NCBI GenBank assembly: GCA_900314225.1
Contig: OMUM01000080.1
Location: 1 to 33,420 of the forward strand
Length of the DNA: 33,420 nucleotides
DNA from: an uncultured bacterium
Lineage (GTDB): Bacteria > Bacillota_I > Bacilli_A > RF39 > UBA660
Reading direction: 5' to 3'
Under the pieces are notes generated by a model that made no database searches, was not told the DNA's origin, and saw only the letters and a list, made by a program, of their open reading frames with translations. Position numbers and translations under genes: made by a program. Positions 17,511-24,944 of this stretch are shown here, one piece after another; the first letter of the stretch is position 1; the number at the start of each line of letters is the position of its first letter.

Positions 17511-18169
17511 GTGGAAGATGAAATATTTATTATTTCTTTTTTTGTTTATTTTTTGGCGATTAATATGGATAATGATTATGTTGCTATATTATATAAAATA
17601 ATTACTTATGATAAATATAAAAAAATTTATTTGTTTATACCTTTTTATTTTATTGATATTTGTTCTATAGATATAGTTACGAATATTTTAAAATTATCAA
17701 GTGGTAAGGAATATATTCCCATGTAGAGCAAAAAAATAACTGGGGCAGATGTTGATGTTTGTTATGGTTTTCCTATGAAATATAAAGATTTAAAAGATAT
17801 TTTTTTAATACTTCAAATTATTATCATATTATTAATGAGTATTTTGAAAGTATAAAAGATAAAATTTATTTTGATTCTTTTAGTAAAGAGAATAAAGAGT
17901 TTAAAATAGTTTTTGTTGATAAAGAAGATATTGAAAAATATGATGATGCTTCTTGATTTTATAGCTTTTATTCTGAAGTTGATGAGGATTATTTTGATGA
18001 TGAATCTAATGAATCTAAATTAGTTTTGTCTAAAGAATTAATAGATAATATAATAAAGTCTTTAAAAGAAAATGATTCTGAAAAGCTTTCTACTATAACA
18101 TTAGATGATATTGCTGATAATTTACAAAATGAATTGATTTATAATAATCAAAAAAATAGTTTTTTTTAA
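17511..18169 (+). pseudogene. Decayed gene between the tRNAs (in-frame TAG, frameshift in a T7 run, in-frame TGA)
   Basis: The reading frame from 17511 continues through TAG 17724-17726 (...GKEYIPM*SKKITGADVDVCYGFPMKYKDLKDIF). It shifts frame at T7 (17800-17806) into NTSNYYHIINEYFESIKDKIYFDSFSKENKEFKIVFVDKEDIEKYDDAS. It is then broken by TGA 17954-17956 and continues FYSFYSEVDEDYFDDESNESKLVLSKELIDNIIKSLKEND... to TAA 18167-18169. Confidence 0.45.
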
Positions 18170-18218
18170 TTTAATTGCTAATTAATTTATTATTTAATAT
18201 AATTAATTAGCATGATAA

Positions 18219-18292
18219 GCCGATTTAGTATAGTGGTATTACAGAAGCATGGTAAGCTTCAAAGGAAAGTTCAATTCTTTCAATCGGCACCA
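18219..18292 (+). tRNA. tRNA-Thr (anticodon GGT)
   Basis: 74-nt cloverleaf. Acceptor GCCGATT/AATCGGC, anticodon stem GAAGC/GCTTC with loop ATGGTAA, T arm GAAAG-TTCAATT-CTTTC. CCA is encoded. Confidence 0.85.
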
Positions 18293-18316
18293 TAATTTGT
18301 GTTTTATTATATTATT

Positions 18317-18349
18317 AAGTATCAATTTATAAGTTTTGATACTTTTTTT
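18317..18349 (+). terminator. Rho-independent terminator after tRNA-Thr
   Basis: 9-bp stem AAGTATCAA / TTGATACTT (18317-18325 / 18336-18344), followed by a T7 run. Confidence 0.65.
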
Positions 18350-18377
18350 GTGAATAAATGACAAAATGTGTTAAAAT
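18348..18377 (+). promoter_or_regulatory. Putative promoter (TTGTGA, 18-nt spacer, TGtTAAAAT)
   Basis: A -35-like TTGTGA at 18348-18353 and an extended -10 TGTTAAAAT at 18369-18377, 41 nt upstream of ATG 18419. Confidence 0.35.
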
Positions 18378-18418
18378 AAATATTCGTGTGAGTTTTATTA
18401 GATAAAAGTGAGGTATTT

Positions 18419-19450
18419 ATGGATAATTTTAAAAATGAAGTGTATGATAAGCAAGGATATGATAAATTTGGTTATAACAAAGATGGTTATAATAGAAGAG
18501 GATTTAATGGATTAGGTGTTCATTTAAATGGTACTATGTATGATACTGAAGGTTATGATAAAGATGGGTATGATATAAATGGTTTTTCAATAAGTCATAT
18601 ACATAAAAATGGTTCTAGGTTTGATAATGATGGTTATAATTATTATGGATATGATTTTGAGGGCTTTAATAAAAAAGGTTATAATAAAAAAGGTTTTAAT
18701 AAGAAACATATTCATTTAAATGGTACTTTATATAATGATGATGGTTATGATTATAAAGGCTATAATAATAAAGGCTTTAATAGTAAAGGTTACGATAAAT
18801 GTGGTTATGATGAAGATGGTTATGATAAGGATGGTTATGATAAAAGAGGCTTTGATAAGAACGGTATTCATCGTAATGGAACGTTATTTGATGATAATGG
18901 ACTTGATATTAATCAAAAATATATTGATGGAGAATCTTTTGAAGAAAAGAAAAAAGCTAGATATAATACATTTTTAAGTATTATAAATGATATTTATAAT
19001 AATAATATAAGTATTGAAGAATATATAAAGAAATATAATTTAAATTATGTTGATTTAATAGCTTTTTCTAAAAAGGAACATTTAAATCCAAAAATTATAA
19101 GAAGTTTGTCTTCACATATAAAAGAATATAATTCATTAATAAAACCATTTGATATAGATTATTTTTTGGAACACATTCGTTTTCTTATAGATGGTAAATT
19201 AGTTATACCTAAAAGAGATGATGTAGAAAAAGTAACAAAATATTTAAGGTTGAATAATAGACTTGTTTGTGAAAAAATTGTAAGTAATACTGTAAAAGAA
19301 TATTATAAAGGAAATATTGACTTAAATAAAATCGATAATAAATCAGAATTAGGAAAACAAGAAGAAATATCAAAAATGTTAGATGTGCAATCAGCTAAAC
19401 TTGATGAATTAGAAAAATCTTCTAAAAAATTAAAAAAGAAAAATATATAA
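18419..19450 (+). CDS. Cytoplasmic repeat protein: about 29 G-[YF]-[DN]-x-x pentads (aa 13-165) plus a ~175-aa non-repetitive C-terminal domain ending in a K/E-rich coil
   Basis: SD GTGAGG 6 nt upstream of the ATG. No signal peptide or TM segment. The repeat architecture was read directly from the translation. No family recognised. Confidence 0.7.
   Translation: MDNFKNEVYDKQGYDKFGYNKDGYNRRGFNGLGVHLNGTMYDTEGYDKDGYDINGFSISHIHKNGSRFDNDGYNYYGYDFEGFNKKGYNKKGFNKKHIHLNGTLYNDDGYDYKGYNNKGFNSKGYDKCGYDEDGYDKDGYDKRGFDKNGIHRNGTLFDDNGLDINQKYIDGESFEEKKKARYNTFLSIINDIYNNNISIEEYIKKYNLNYVDLIAFSKKEHLNPKIIRSLSSHIKEYNSLIKPFDIDYFLEHIRFLIDGKLVIPKRDDVEKVTKYLRLNNRLVCEKIVSNTVKEYYKGNIDLNKIDNKSELGKQEEISKMLDVQSAKLDELEKSSKKLKKKNI
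18455..18913 (+). repeat. In-frame 15-nt-period coding repeat (GYDKD-type pentads) organised in four super-repeats
   Basis: Gly recurs every 5 residues from aa 13 to 161. A +2 register jump follows each [GH][VI]H[LKR]NG[TS]x[YF][DN]xx terminator motif. Module lengths are 32, 27, 37 and 52 aa, each 5n+2. Confidence 0.8.
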
Positions 19451-19452
19451 TT

Positions 19453-19641
19453 ATGAACAAAGATAGATTAAATTACTTGTTAGATCTTCAATATAAATAT
19501 AAATCTGGTATGATTGATGAAGATGAAATAAATGAAGAAGATAAGAAAGATCTGATAAATTTATATAAAATTCAGAATTTAGAAAAAAGTAAAGAAAACA
19601 AAAAAAGATTATTAGAAATTTTAAATAACAAAGATGAATAA
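19453..19641 (+). CDS. Small charged protein, SHOCT-like motif (tentative)
   Basis: It starts 2 nt after the upstream stop. LNYLLDLQYKYKSGMIDEDEINEEDKKDLINL fits the SHOCT pattern L..L..L...G.IT.EE....K..LL. There is no obvious SD of its own, so it is probably translationally coupled. Confidence 0.45.
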   Translation: MNKDRLNYLLDLQYKYKSGMIDEDEINEEDKKDLINLYKIQNLEKSKENKKRLLEILNNKDE

Positions 19642-19700
19642 CTTTCTGTTATTTATATTTTATTTATTATATGTTAAACTTATACTAGAAGGTGAGTAGT

Positions 19701-20116
19701 ATGAATAATAATGGGATAAATCAAAATATTAATAATTTACAGAGTAATCAAGGTTCACAAAATTTAAATAATAATAAAAAAGTAATAAAAATATTATTTT
19801 AATTGTAGTTATAGCTATTATTTTTGTTGTTGCTGCGATAGTAAGTTTTGCATTTTTAATTATTTCTTTATTTTCAAAAATGTCCGAATCATCAGATCGA
19901 TTAGAGTGTAAATCTAGTAATGGTAATATTACGATATTGTATGATGAAAAAGGAGTTATTGGATATTCTACTATTGGATCACTCAGTTATGATTTATATG
20001 ATGAACAAGAAATTGCTTCTAAAATGAGTGCTTCAAATTATATTAATCAATATAAAATTAATTTTGAAAATAGTTATGATGAAACTTGTATAATAAAAGA
20101 AAAATTTATTAGATAA
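19701..20116 (+). pseudogene. Frameshifted small membrane-anchored protein (1-nt deficit in a poly-A tract)
   Basis: AAGGTGAG SD plus ATG 19701 open a 33-codon frame (MNNNGINQNINNLQSNQGSQNLNNNKK...) that stops at 19800-19802. The adjacent frame opens at 19778 and encodes a TM helix (NIILIVVIAIIFVVAAIVSFAFLIISLF) with no ATG/GTG/TTG start or SD of its own. That frame runs into the 19880..20116 ORF. Adding one A to the A6 run (19776-19781) fuses all parts. Confidence 0.5.
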
Positions 20117-20122
20117 ATTTAT

Positions 20123-20152
20123 TGACACTTATTAAATATTAAATAAGTGTCA
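20123..20152 (+). terminator. Perfect 11-bp inverted repeat, probable terminator of the 19701-20116 unit
   Basis: TGACACTTATT / AATAAGTGTCA with an 8-nt loop. The downstream T tract is weak (TATTCTT). Confidence 0.4.
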
Positions 20153-20176
20153 TATTCTTATAATTGAGGAGTAAAT

Positions 20177-20875
20177 ATGGAACGAATAGATAAAATTATT
20201 AGTAATAATACTAATTTAAGTAGAAATGATGTTAAAAAATATATTAAAAATAAATTGATTATTGTAAATAATAAAATAATTGATAGTCCTAAGATTAAAA
20301 TTGATCCAAATGTTGATAAAATATTTATAAATGGAGAAATATTAAAATATCAAAAATATGTTTATCTAGTATTGAATAAACCTAAAGGTTATGTTAGTGC
20401 AACTGTCGATAATTTATCTAAAACAGTTATTGATTTATGCCCTGATAAATTTAAAAATAGGAATTTATTTCCTGCAGGAAGATTAGATAAAGATACTACT
20501 GGTTTAATGATAATTACGGATGATGGAGAATTTGCTCATAATATTTTATCTCCTAAAAAGCATATTAAAAAGCAATATTATGTTGTCTTGTCTGGTAATT
20601 TAGATAATATAATGATCGATGAATTTTATAGTGGTTTAGTAGTTGGAAATGAGAAATTTAAAAGTGCTAAATTAGAAATATTGAGTAATAATACTTGTTA
20701 TGTTACTTTAACTGAGGGAAAGTATCATGAAATTAAAAGAATGTTTAAGAAATATAATTTAGATGTGATAGAATTAAAAAGAATTATGATGGGTAATTTA
20801 TTTTTACCTGATGACTTAGATGAAGGAGAATGTCGAGAATTAACCTCTGAAGAATTGAAGAAAATTACTAGTTAG
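20177..20875 (+). CDS. rsuA: rRNA pseudouridine synthase, RsuA/RluB family (S4 domain plus catalytic domain)
   Basis: N-terminal S4-like RIDKIISNNTNLSRNDVKKYIKN, the catalytic motif GRLDKDTTGLMIITDDGE, and KYHEIKRMF. Confidence 0.8.
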   Translation: MERIDKIISNNTNLSRNDVKKYIKNKLIIVNNKIIDSPKIKIDPNVDKIFINGEILKYQKYVYLVLNKPKGYVSATVDNLSKTVIDLCPDKFKNRNLFPAGRLDKDTTGLMIITDDGEFAHNILSPKKHIKKQYYVVLSGNLDNIMIDEFYSGLVVGNEKFKSAKLEILSNNTCYVTLTEGKYHEIKRMFKKYNLDVIELKRIMMGNLFLPDDLDEGECRELTSEELKKITS

Positions 20876-20888
20876 TTTTAATTATACA

Positions 20889-20897
20889 TGTTATAAT
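20889..20897 (+). promoter_or_regulatory. Putative extended -10 promoter element TGTTATAAT
   Basis: Exact TGnTATAAT 22 nt upstream of ATG 20919. Confidence 0.35.
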
Positions 20898-20918
20898 TAA
20901 ATGTATATAGGTGATAGT

Positions 20919-21710
20919 ATGAATAATCAAAAGATTTTATTTATATATTACAACAATGAAATAAAATATTTAACTAATAGTAATATGGATCATAAAGAGT
21001 GGTTTCTATCACTTGGTGGAAAAGATGAATTATATGAAAATTTGGTTAGAGGTTTTATTCTTGATGGAAAAATAGTCTTTTTTAAAGGACAAGATTTTAG
21101 ATATGATAATGAAGTAATGGATGTTGCTAAAAAAAATGGTTTAAAAATGAGAAAAGACTTAAATAATAATTCTTTAGTTATATGTTGTGGAATATTACCC
21201 GGATTTCCTGGACAAAAATGGGAACCAATTATGGTTTTAAATGATAATGAATTAGTTGATGAAAATAAAAATACAAATATATCTACAAAGAAAAGTATGC
21301 CTGAAAATAATGTAAATATAGGTACAATTTTAGAATTAAAAAATGATTATACGAATGAGAAGTATCTTAAAATGGGAACTATTCTTACTTCAATTACACT
21401 TATTTTTTGTATATTAGCTAAAGTTATATTAATTAATACTAAGCATTTAGATACTTCAAATTTTTTAGAGATATTATTAATATGCATACAGATTGGATCT
21501 TTATTAGGAACTTTGTATGGTTATGTTAAAAAAAAGGAGTATACAAAACATTTAGCAATCTTTGCTTCTATTAGTGTAATTTTATCATTTGATTTATTAG
21601 ATATAATTATTGGTATTATTTATTTTGTCTTTTCTGTAGATGCAAATTATATAAAAAACATTTTAGATAAAGTAAATAAATTAGGAAAAAAAATTACTAA
21701 GAAAAGGTGA
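20919..21710 (+). CDS. Hypothetical membrane protein (about 150-aa soluble N-domain plus 3 TM helices)
   Basis: ATG 20919 lies 5 nt after AGGTGA. The ORF track starts at ATG 20901, which has no SD. TM segments occur near the C-terminus. No family recognised. Confidence 0.5.
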   Translation: MNNQKILFIYYNNEIKYLTNSNMDHKEWFLSLGGKDELYENLVRGFILDGKIVFFKGQDFRYDNEVMDVAKKNGLKMRKDLNNNSLVICCGILPGFPGQKWEPIMVLNDNELVDENKNTNISTKKSMPENNVNIGTILELKNDYTNEKYLKMGTILTSITLIFCILAKVILINTKHLDTSNFLEILLICIQIGSLLGTLYGYVKKKEYTKHLAIFASISVILSFDLLDIIIGIIYFVFSVDANYIKNILDKVNKLGKKITKKR

Positions 21711-21714
21711 ATAT

Positions 21715-22281
21715 ATGGATGAATTAGAAAAAGCTAGAAATGGTTTATTTTATAATCCTAATTATATAAAAGATATTGTTGATAGAAGAATAAAATCACA
21801 GGATAAGTGCTTTGAATATAATAATTTACTTCCTTCTAAAGTGGATATGAGAAAGAGGCTAATTAAAGATTTAATTAATACTGTCGATGACAATTTTGTA
21901 ATTGAGGCACCAATTCATTTTGATTATGGAGAAAATATCAGTATAGGTAAGAATTTTTATTCTAATTATAATTTAACTGTTTTGGATGGAACAAGTGTAT
22001 CTTTTGGAGATAATTGTTTTATTGGACCTAATTGTTCTTTTTATACGGCAGTTCATCCGGTTGATTATAAACTTAGAAATAAAGGACTTGAGAAAGCTTT
22101 ACCAATTAAAGTAGGTAATAATGTTTGGTTTGGTGGAGGAGTTACTGTTTTACCTGGAGTTACAATAGGTAATAATGTTGTTGTCGGAGCAGGTTCTGTT
22201 GTGAGGCATGATGTTACTGATAATGTAGTGGTTGCTGGAAATCCAGCTAAAATAATAAGAAGAATAGAAGAGGTAAATTAA
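21715..22281 (+). CDS. maa: Maltose/galactoside O-acetyltransferase family (left-handed beta-helix hexapeptide repeats)
   Basis: N-terminal Mac-type segment (KARNGLFYNPNY) and hexapeptide repeats (VGNNVWFGGGVTVLPGVTIGNNVVVGAGSVV ... AGNPAKIIR). Confidence 0.8.
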   Translation: MDELEKARNGLFYNPNYIKDIVDRRIKSQDKCFEYNNLLPSKVDMRKRLIKDLINTVDDNFVIEAPIHFDYGENISIGKNFYSNYNLTVLDGTSVSFGDNCFIGPNCSFYTAVHPVDYKLRNKGLEKALPIKVGNNVWFGGGVTVLPGVTIGNNVVVGAGSVVRHDVTDNVVVAGNPAKIIRRIEEVN

Positions 22282-24909
22282 ATGAAAAATAATAGATATT
22301 ATGCGATGGGGGAAGATGAATTATTTACTAAGTTTAGAAGTTCTTTAAGTGGTTTGTCTTTAAGAGAAGTTACCAAAAGGATTAATAAATATGGTTATAA
22401 TGAATTGCCAACGAATAAACGGAGATCTATTTTAGAAATATTTATTGGTGGATTAATAGATTCTATTGTTTTATTATTGATTGTTGCGATAATTGCTTCT
22501 TTTCTTGTTGGTGAGTACTTGGATGGTTTCGCTATAATGTTTATCGTATTGGTTGATCTAATATTAGGTACTATTCAAGAGAAAAAAGCTAGTAATACGG
22601 CTGAGTCATTATCAAACTTAATTAAAGAAAAAGTAAAAGTAATTAGAAATGGGAAAGAATCTTTAATTGATGCTACAGAAGTTACTTTAGGAGATATAGT
22701 TTTATTCACTTCTGGTGATAAGGTTTCTGCTGATACTAGAATACTATCTTCACATAATTTTACGATTGATGAATCTACTCTTACGGGAGAGAGTTTACCT
22801 GTTGAAAAGAATTCTAGTGTATTAAAAAATAAAAATATTTCAATTAATGAACAAACTAATATGCTTTTTGCAGGTACTACTGTAGTTACTGGACGAGCAA
22901 CTGGTATTGTTGTTAATATTGGCCTTTCTACTGAAATTGGTAAGATTGCTAATACTATAAATGAAACTAAAGAAGAGAAATCTCCTTTAACAATTAGAGT
23001 AGAAAAGTTTTCTAAACAAATGAGTATTTTAATAATAATTATTGCAATAATTATAGTAATCTTACTATTTATTAAAGGTTTTTCTTTAAATGAAATATTA
23101 TTATCTGTTATTGCTTTGTCTGTTTCTGCTATGCCTGAGGGATTACCACTTGCTTTAACTATGGCATTAACAATTGCGTCTAGAAATATGGCTAAAAATA
23201 AAGTCGTTGTTAAGAAATTACATTCTGTTGAATCCCTTGGAAGTTGTACTGTAATAGCAAGTGATAAGACTGGTACACTTACTGTTAATGAACAAACTGC
23301 TAAAAAGATATTATTGCCTAATAATAATGAGTATATAATTTCTGGTACTGGATATAATACTAGTGGTGAAATTATTGGTAGCAACTTAAAATTAGCAAAA
23401 GAAGTTGCAATTCTTGGTCAAATTAATAATGAAGCAGAATTTAGTGATGGTAAACTTTTAGGCGATTCAATTGATTTAGCTTTTCTGGTTTTAGGTAAAA
23501 AAGCTAAAATTAATATTAATGATATTGAAATAATAGATTCTATTCCTTATGAATCTGCAAGTAAATATTCAGCAGTCTTTTATAAAAAAAATAATGAAAC
23601 ATATTGTACTATTAAGGGTTCCCTTGAGGTAGTAGAAAGTTTTTGTAATTCAATTAATTTAGTTAAAACTTTTGATAAACAAAGACTAGAGAAGCAAAAT
23701 GAATATTTAGCAGGAGATGGGTACCGAGTAATTGCTCTTGCTAATGGAAGAATTGATGAGAAGAAAAGTTATTCTGAAAAAGATATTAAGGATTTGGCAT
23801 TCATGGGAATGGTTGGATTTATTGATCCAATTAGAAAAGAGGCTCCTGCTGCTATTAAAAAATGTCGAAGAGCTGGTATTAAAGTATTGATGATAACTGG
23901 AGATCATCCATTGACGGCTTATAAGATTGCTAAGGATTTAAAACTGGTAAGTGATTATTCTTCTGTTACGACTGGTGATGAAGTAGATAAATATTTAAAA
24001 AAATCTGAAAAAGATTTTGATAAGTTTGTTATGTCTAAAATTATTTATACAAGAGTTACTCCATTACAAAAATTAAAGATAATTGAATCGTTAAAAAGAC
24101 AGGGTGAGTTTGTGGCGGTTACTGGTGATGGAGTAAATGATGCTCCAGCTTTAAAAGCAGCTAATATTGGCATTGCTATGGGAAGTGGTACTGATATCGC
24201 CAAAGAAACGGCAAATATGATTGTTATGGATGATAATTTTACCTCTATTGTAGAAGGTGTTGAAGATGGAAGAGTTGCTTATGCAAATATTAGAAAAATT
24301 ATTTATTTTTTAATATCTTGTGGTTTAGCTGAAGTATTATTTTTCTTATTATCTGTTTTATTTAATATGCCAGTGCCTTTAGTGGCAATTCAATTACTTT
24401 GGTTAAATGTTGTTACTGATGGTCTACAAGACTTTGCTTTATCATTTGAAAAAGCAGAGAAAGGTATAATGAAAGAAAAACCTATAAGTCCACAAACTAG
24501 TTTATTTGATAAAGATTTAACGGAAGAAATATTAATATCTGGAATATCAATTGGATTAATTGTTTTTGGATTATGGTTCTATCTAATAAAAATAATTAAT
24601 ATGAATGTTAGTATTGCTAGAGGATATATTGTAGCTTTAATGATTATTATTCAAAATATTCATGCTATTAATTGTAGGAGTGAAAGAAATAGTGCTTTAA
24701 CTATACCAGTAGAGAGTAATACTACTTTTATTTTTAGTATAATTTTTTCTGTAATTATTGGAATTGCTATATTAGAGATTGATTTTTTAAATAGTTTTTT
24801 AAAGACTAGTTATATTCCATATAATCAGTTGTTATTGCTATTTTGTTTAGGTATGATAATATTTGTTATTATGGAATTGTATAAAGAAATTAAATTTCAT
24901 AATAAATAA
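22282..24909 (+). CDS. Cation-transporting P-type ATPase, type IIA (Ca2+-ATPase-like)
   Basis: TGES (LTGESLPV), PEGL (MPEGLPLALT), the phosphorylation site SDKTGTLT, the hinge TGDGVNDAPALK, and about 10 TM segments. Confidence 0.9.
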   Translation: MKNNRYYAMGEDELFTKFRSSLSGLSLREVTKRINKYGYNELPTNKRRSILEIFIGGLIDSIVLLLIVAIIASFLVGEYLDGFAIMFIVLVDLILGTIQEKKASNTAESLSNLIKEKVKVIRNGKESLIDATEVTLGDIVLFTSGDKVSADTRILSSHNFTIDESTLTGESLPVEKNSSVLKNKNISINEQTNMLFAGTTVVTGRATGIVVNIGLSTEIGKIANTINETKEEKSPLTIRVEKFSKQMSILIIIIAIIIVILLFIKGFSLNEILLSVIALSVSAMPEGLPLALTMALTIASRNMAKNKVVVKKLHSVESLGSCTVIASDKTGTLTVNEQTAKKILLPNNNEYIISGTGYNTSGEIIGSNLKLAKEVAILGQINNEAEFSDGKLLGDSIDLAFLVLGKKAKININDIEIIDSIPYESASKYSAVFYKKNNETYCTIKGSLEVVESFCNSINLVKTFDKQRLEKQNEYLAGDGYRVIALANGRIDEKKSYSEKDIKDLAFMGMVGFIDPIRKEAPAAIKKCRRAGIKVLMITGDHPLTAYKIAKDLKLVSDYSSVTTGDEVDKYLKKSEKDFDKFVMSKIIYTRVTPLQKLKIIESLKRQGEFVAVTGDGVNDAPALKAANIGIAMGSGTDIAKETANMIVMDDNFTSIVEGVEDGRVAYANIRKIIYFLISCGLAEVLFFLLSVLFNMPVPLVAIQLLWLNVVTDGLQDFALSFEKAEKGIMKEKPISPQTSLFDKDLTEEILISGISIGLIVFGLWFYLIKIINMNVSIARGYIVALMIIIQNIHAINCRSERNSALTIPVESNTTFIFSIIFSVIIGIAILEIDFLNSFLKTSYIPYNQLLLLFCLGMIIFVIMELYKEIKFHNK

Positions 24910-24915
24910 TCGTTA

Positions 24916-24924
24916 TGTTATAAT
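24916..24924 (+). promoter_or_regulatory. Putative extended -10 promoter element TGTTATAAT
   Basis: Exact TGnTATAAT 21 nt upstream of ATG 24945. Confidence 0.35.
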
Positions 24925-24944
24925 ATAAATAAGGAAGTGGTTAT

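Noticed and set aside
17511-17726. 71-aa ORF as an independent gene
   Set aside because: It has a GTG start and no SD. The frame continues sensibly past its TAG stop, so it is better explained as the 5' part of a decayed gene.
18720-18977. 85-aa alternative-frame ORF (M/V/I-rich) inside the pentad-repeat gene
   Set aside because: It is a by-product of the 15-nt periodic repeat read out of frame. The main frame has an SD and a coherent repeat architecture.
17428-20152. Integrated mobile element or prophage at the tRNA genes
   Set aside because: No integrase, recombinase, transposase, terminal inverted repeat or duplicated tRNA 3' end could be found by eye. I report it only as a possible remnant islet.
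20122-20164. Consensus TTGACA (20122-20127) and TATAAT (20159-20164) as one promoter for the pseudouridine synthase gene
   Set aside because: The hexamers are 31 nt apart, far beyond the 16-18-nt spacer. The TTGACA is part of the 11-bp hairpin arm. The TATAAT may still act alone, but that is unsupported.
22575-23384. 269-aa antisense ORF inside the P-type ATPase gene
   Set aside because: It is fully embedded opposite a strongly supported CDS and has no SD. Its translation is low-complexity and Ile/Leu/Ser-rich with no motifs. Long antisense frames are an expected artefact opposite a gene with this codon bias.
23707-23907. 66-aa antisense ORF inside the P-type ATPase gene
   Set aside because: Same reasoning. 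It has no SD or motif and lies opposite the conserved hinge/nucleotide-binding coding region.
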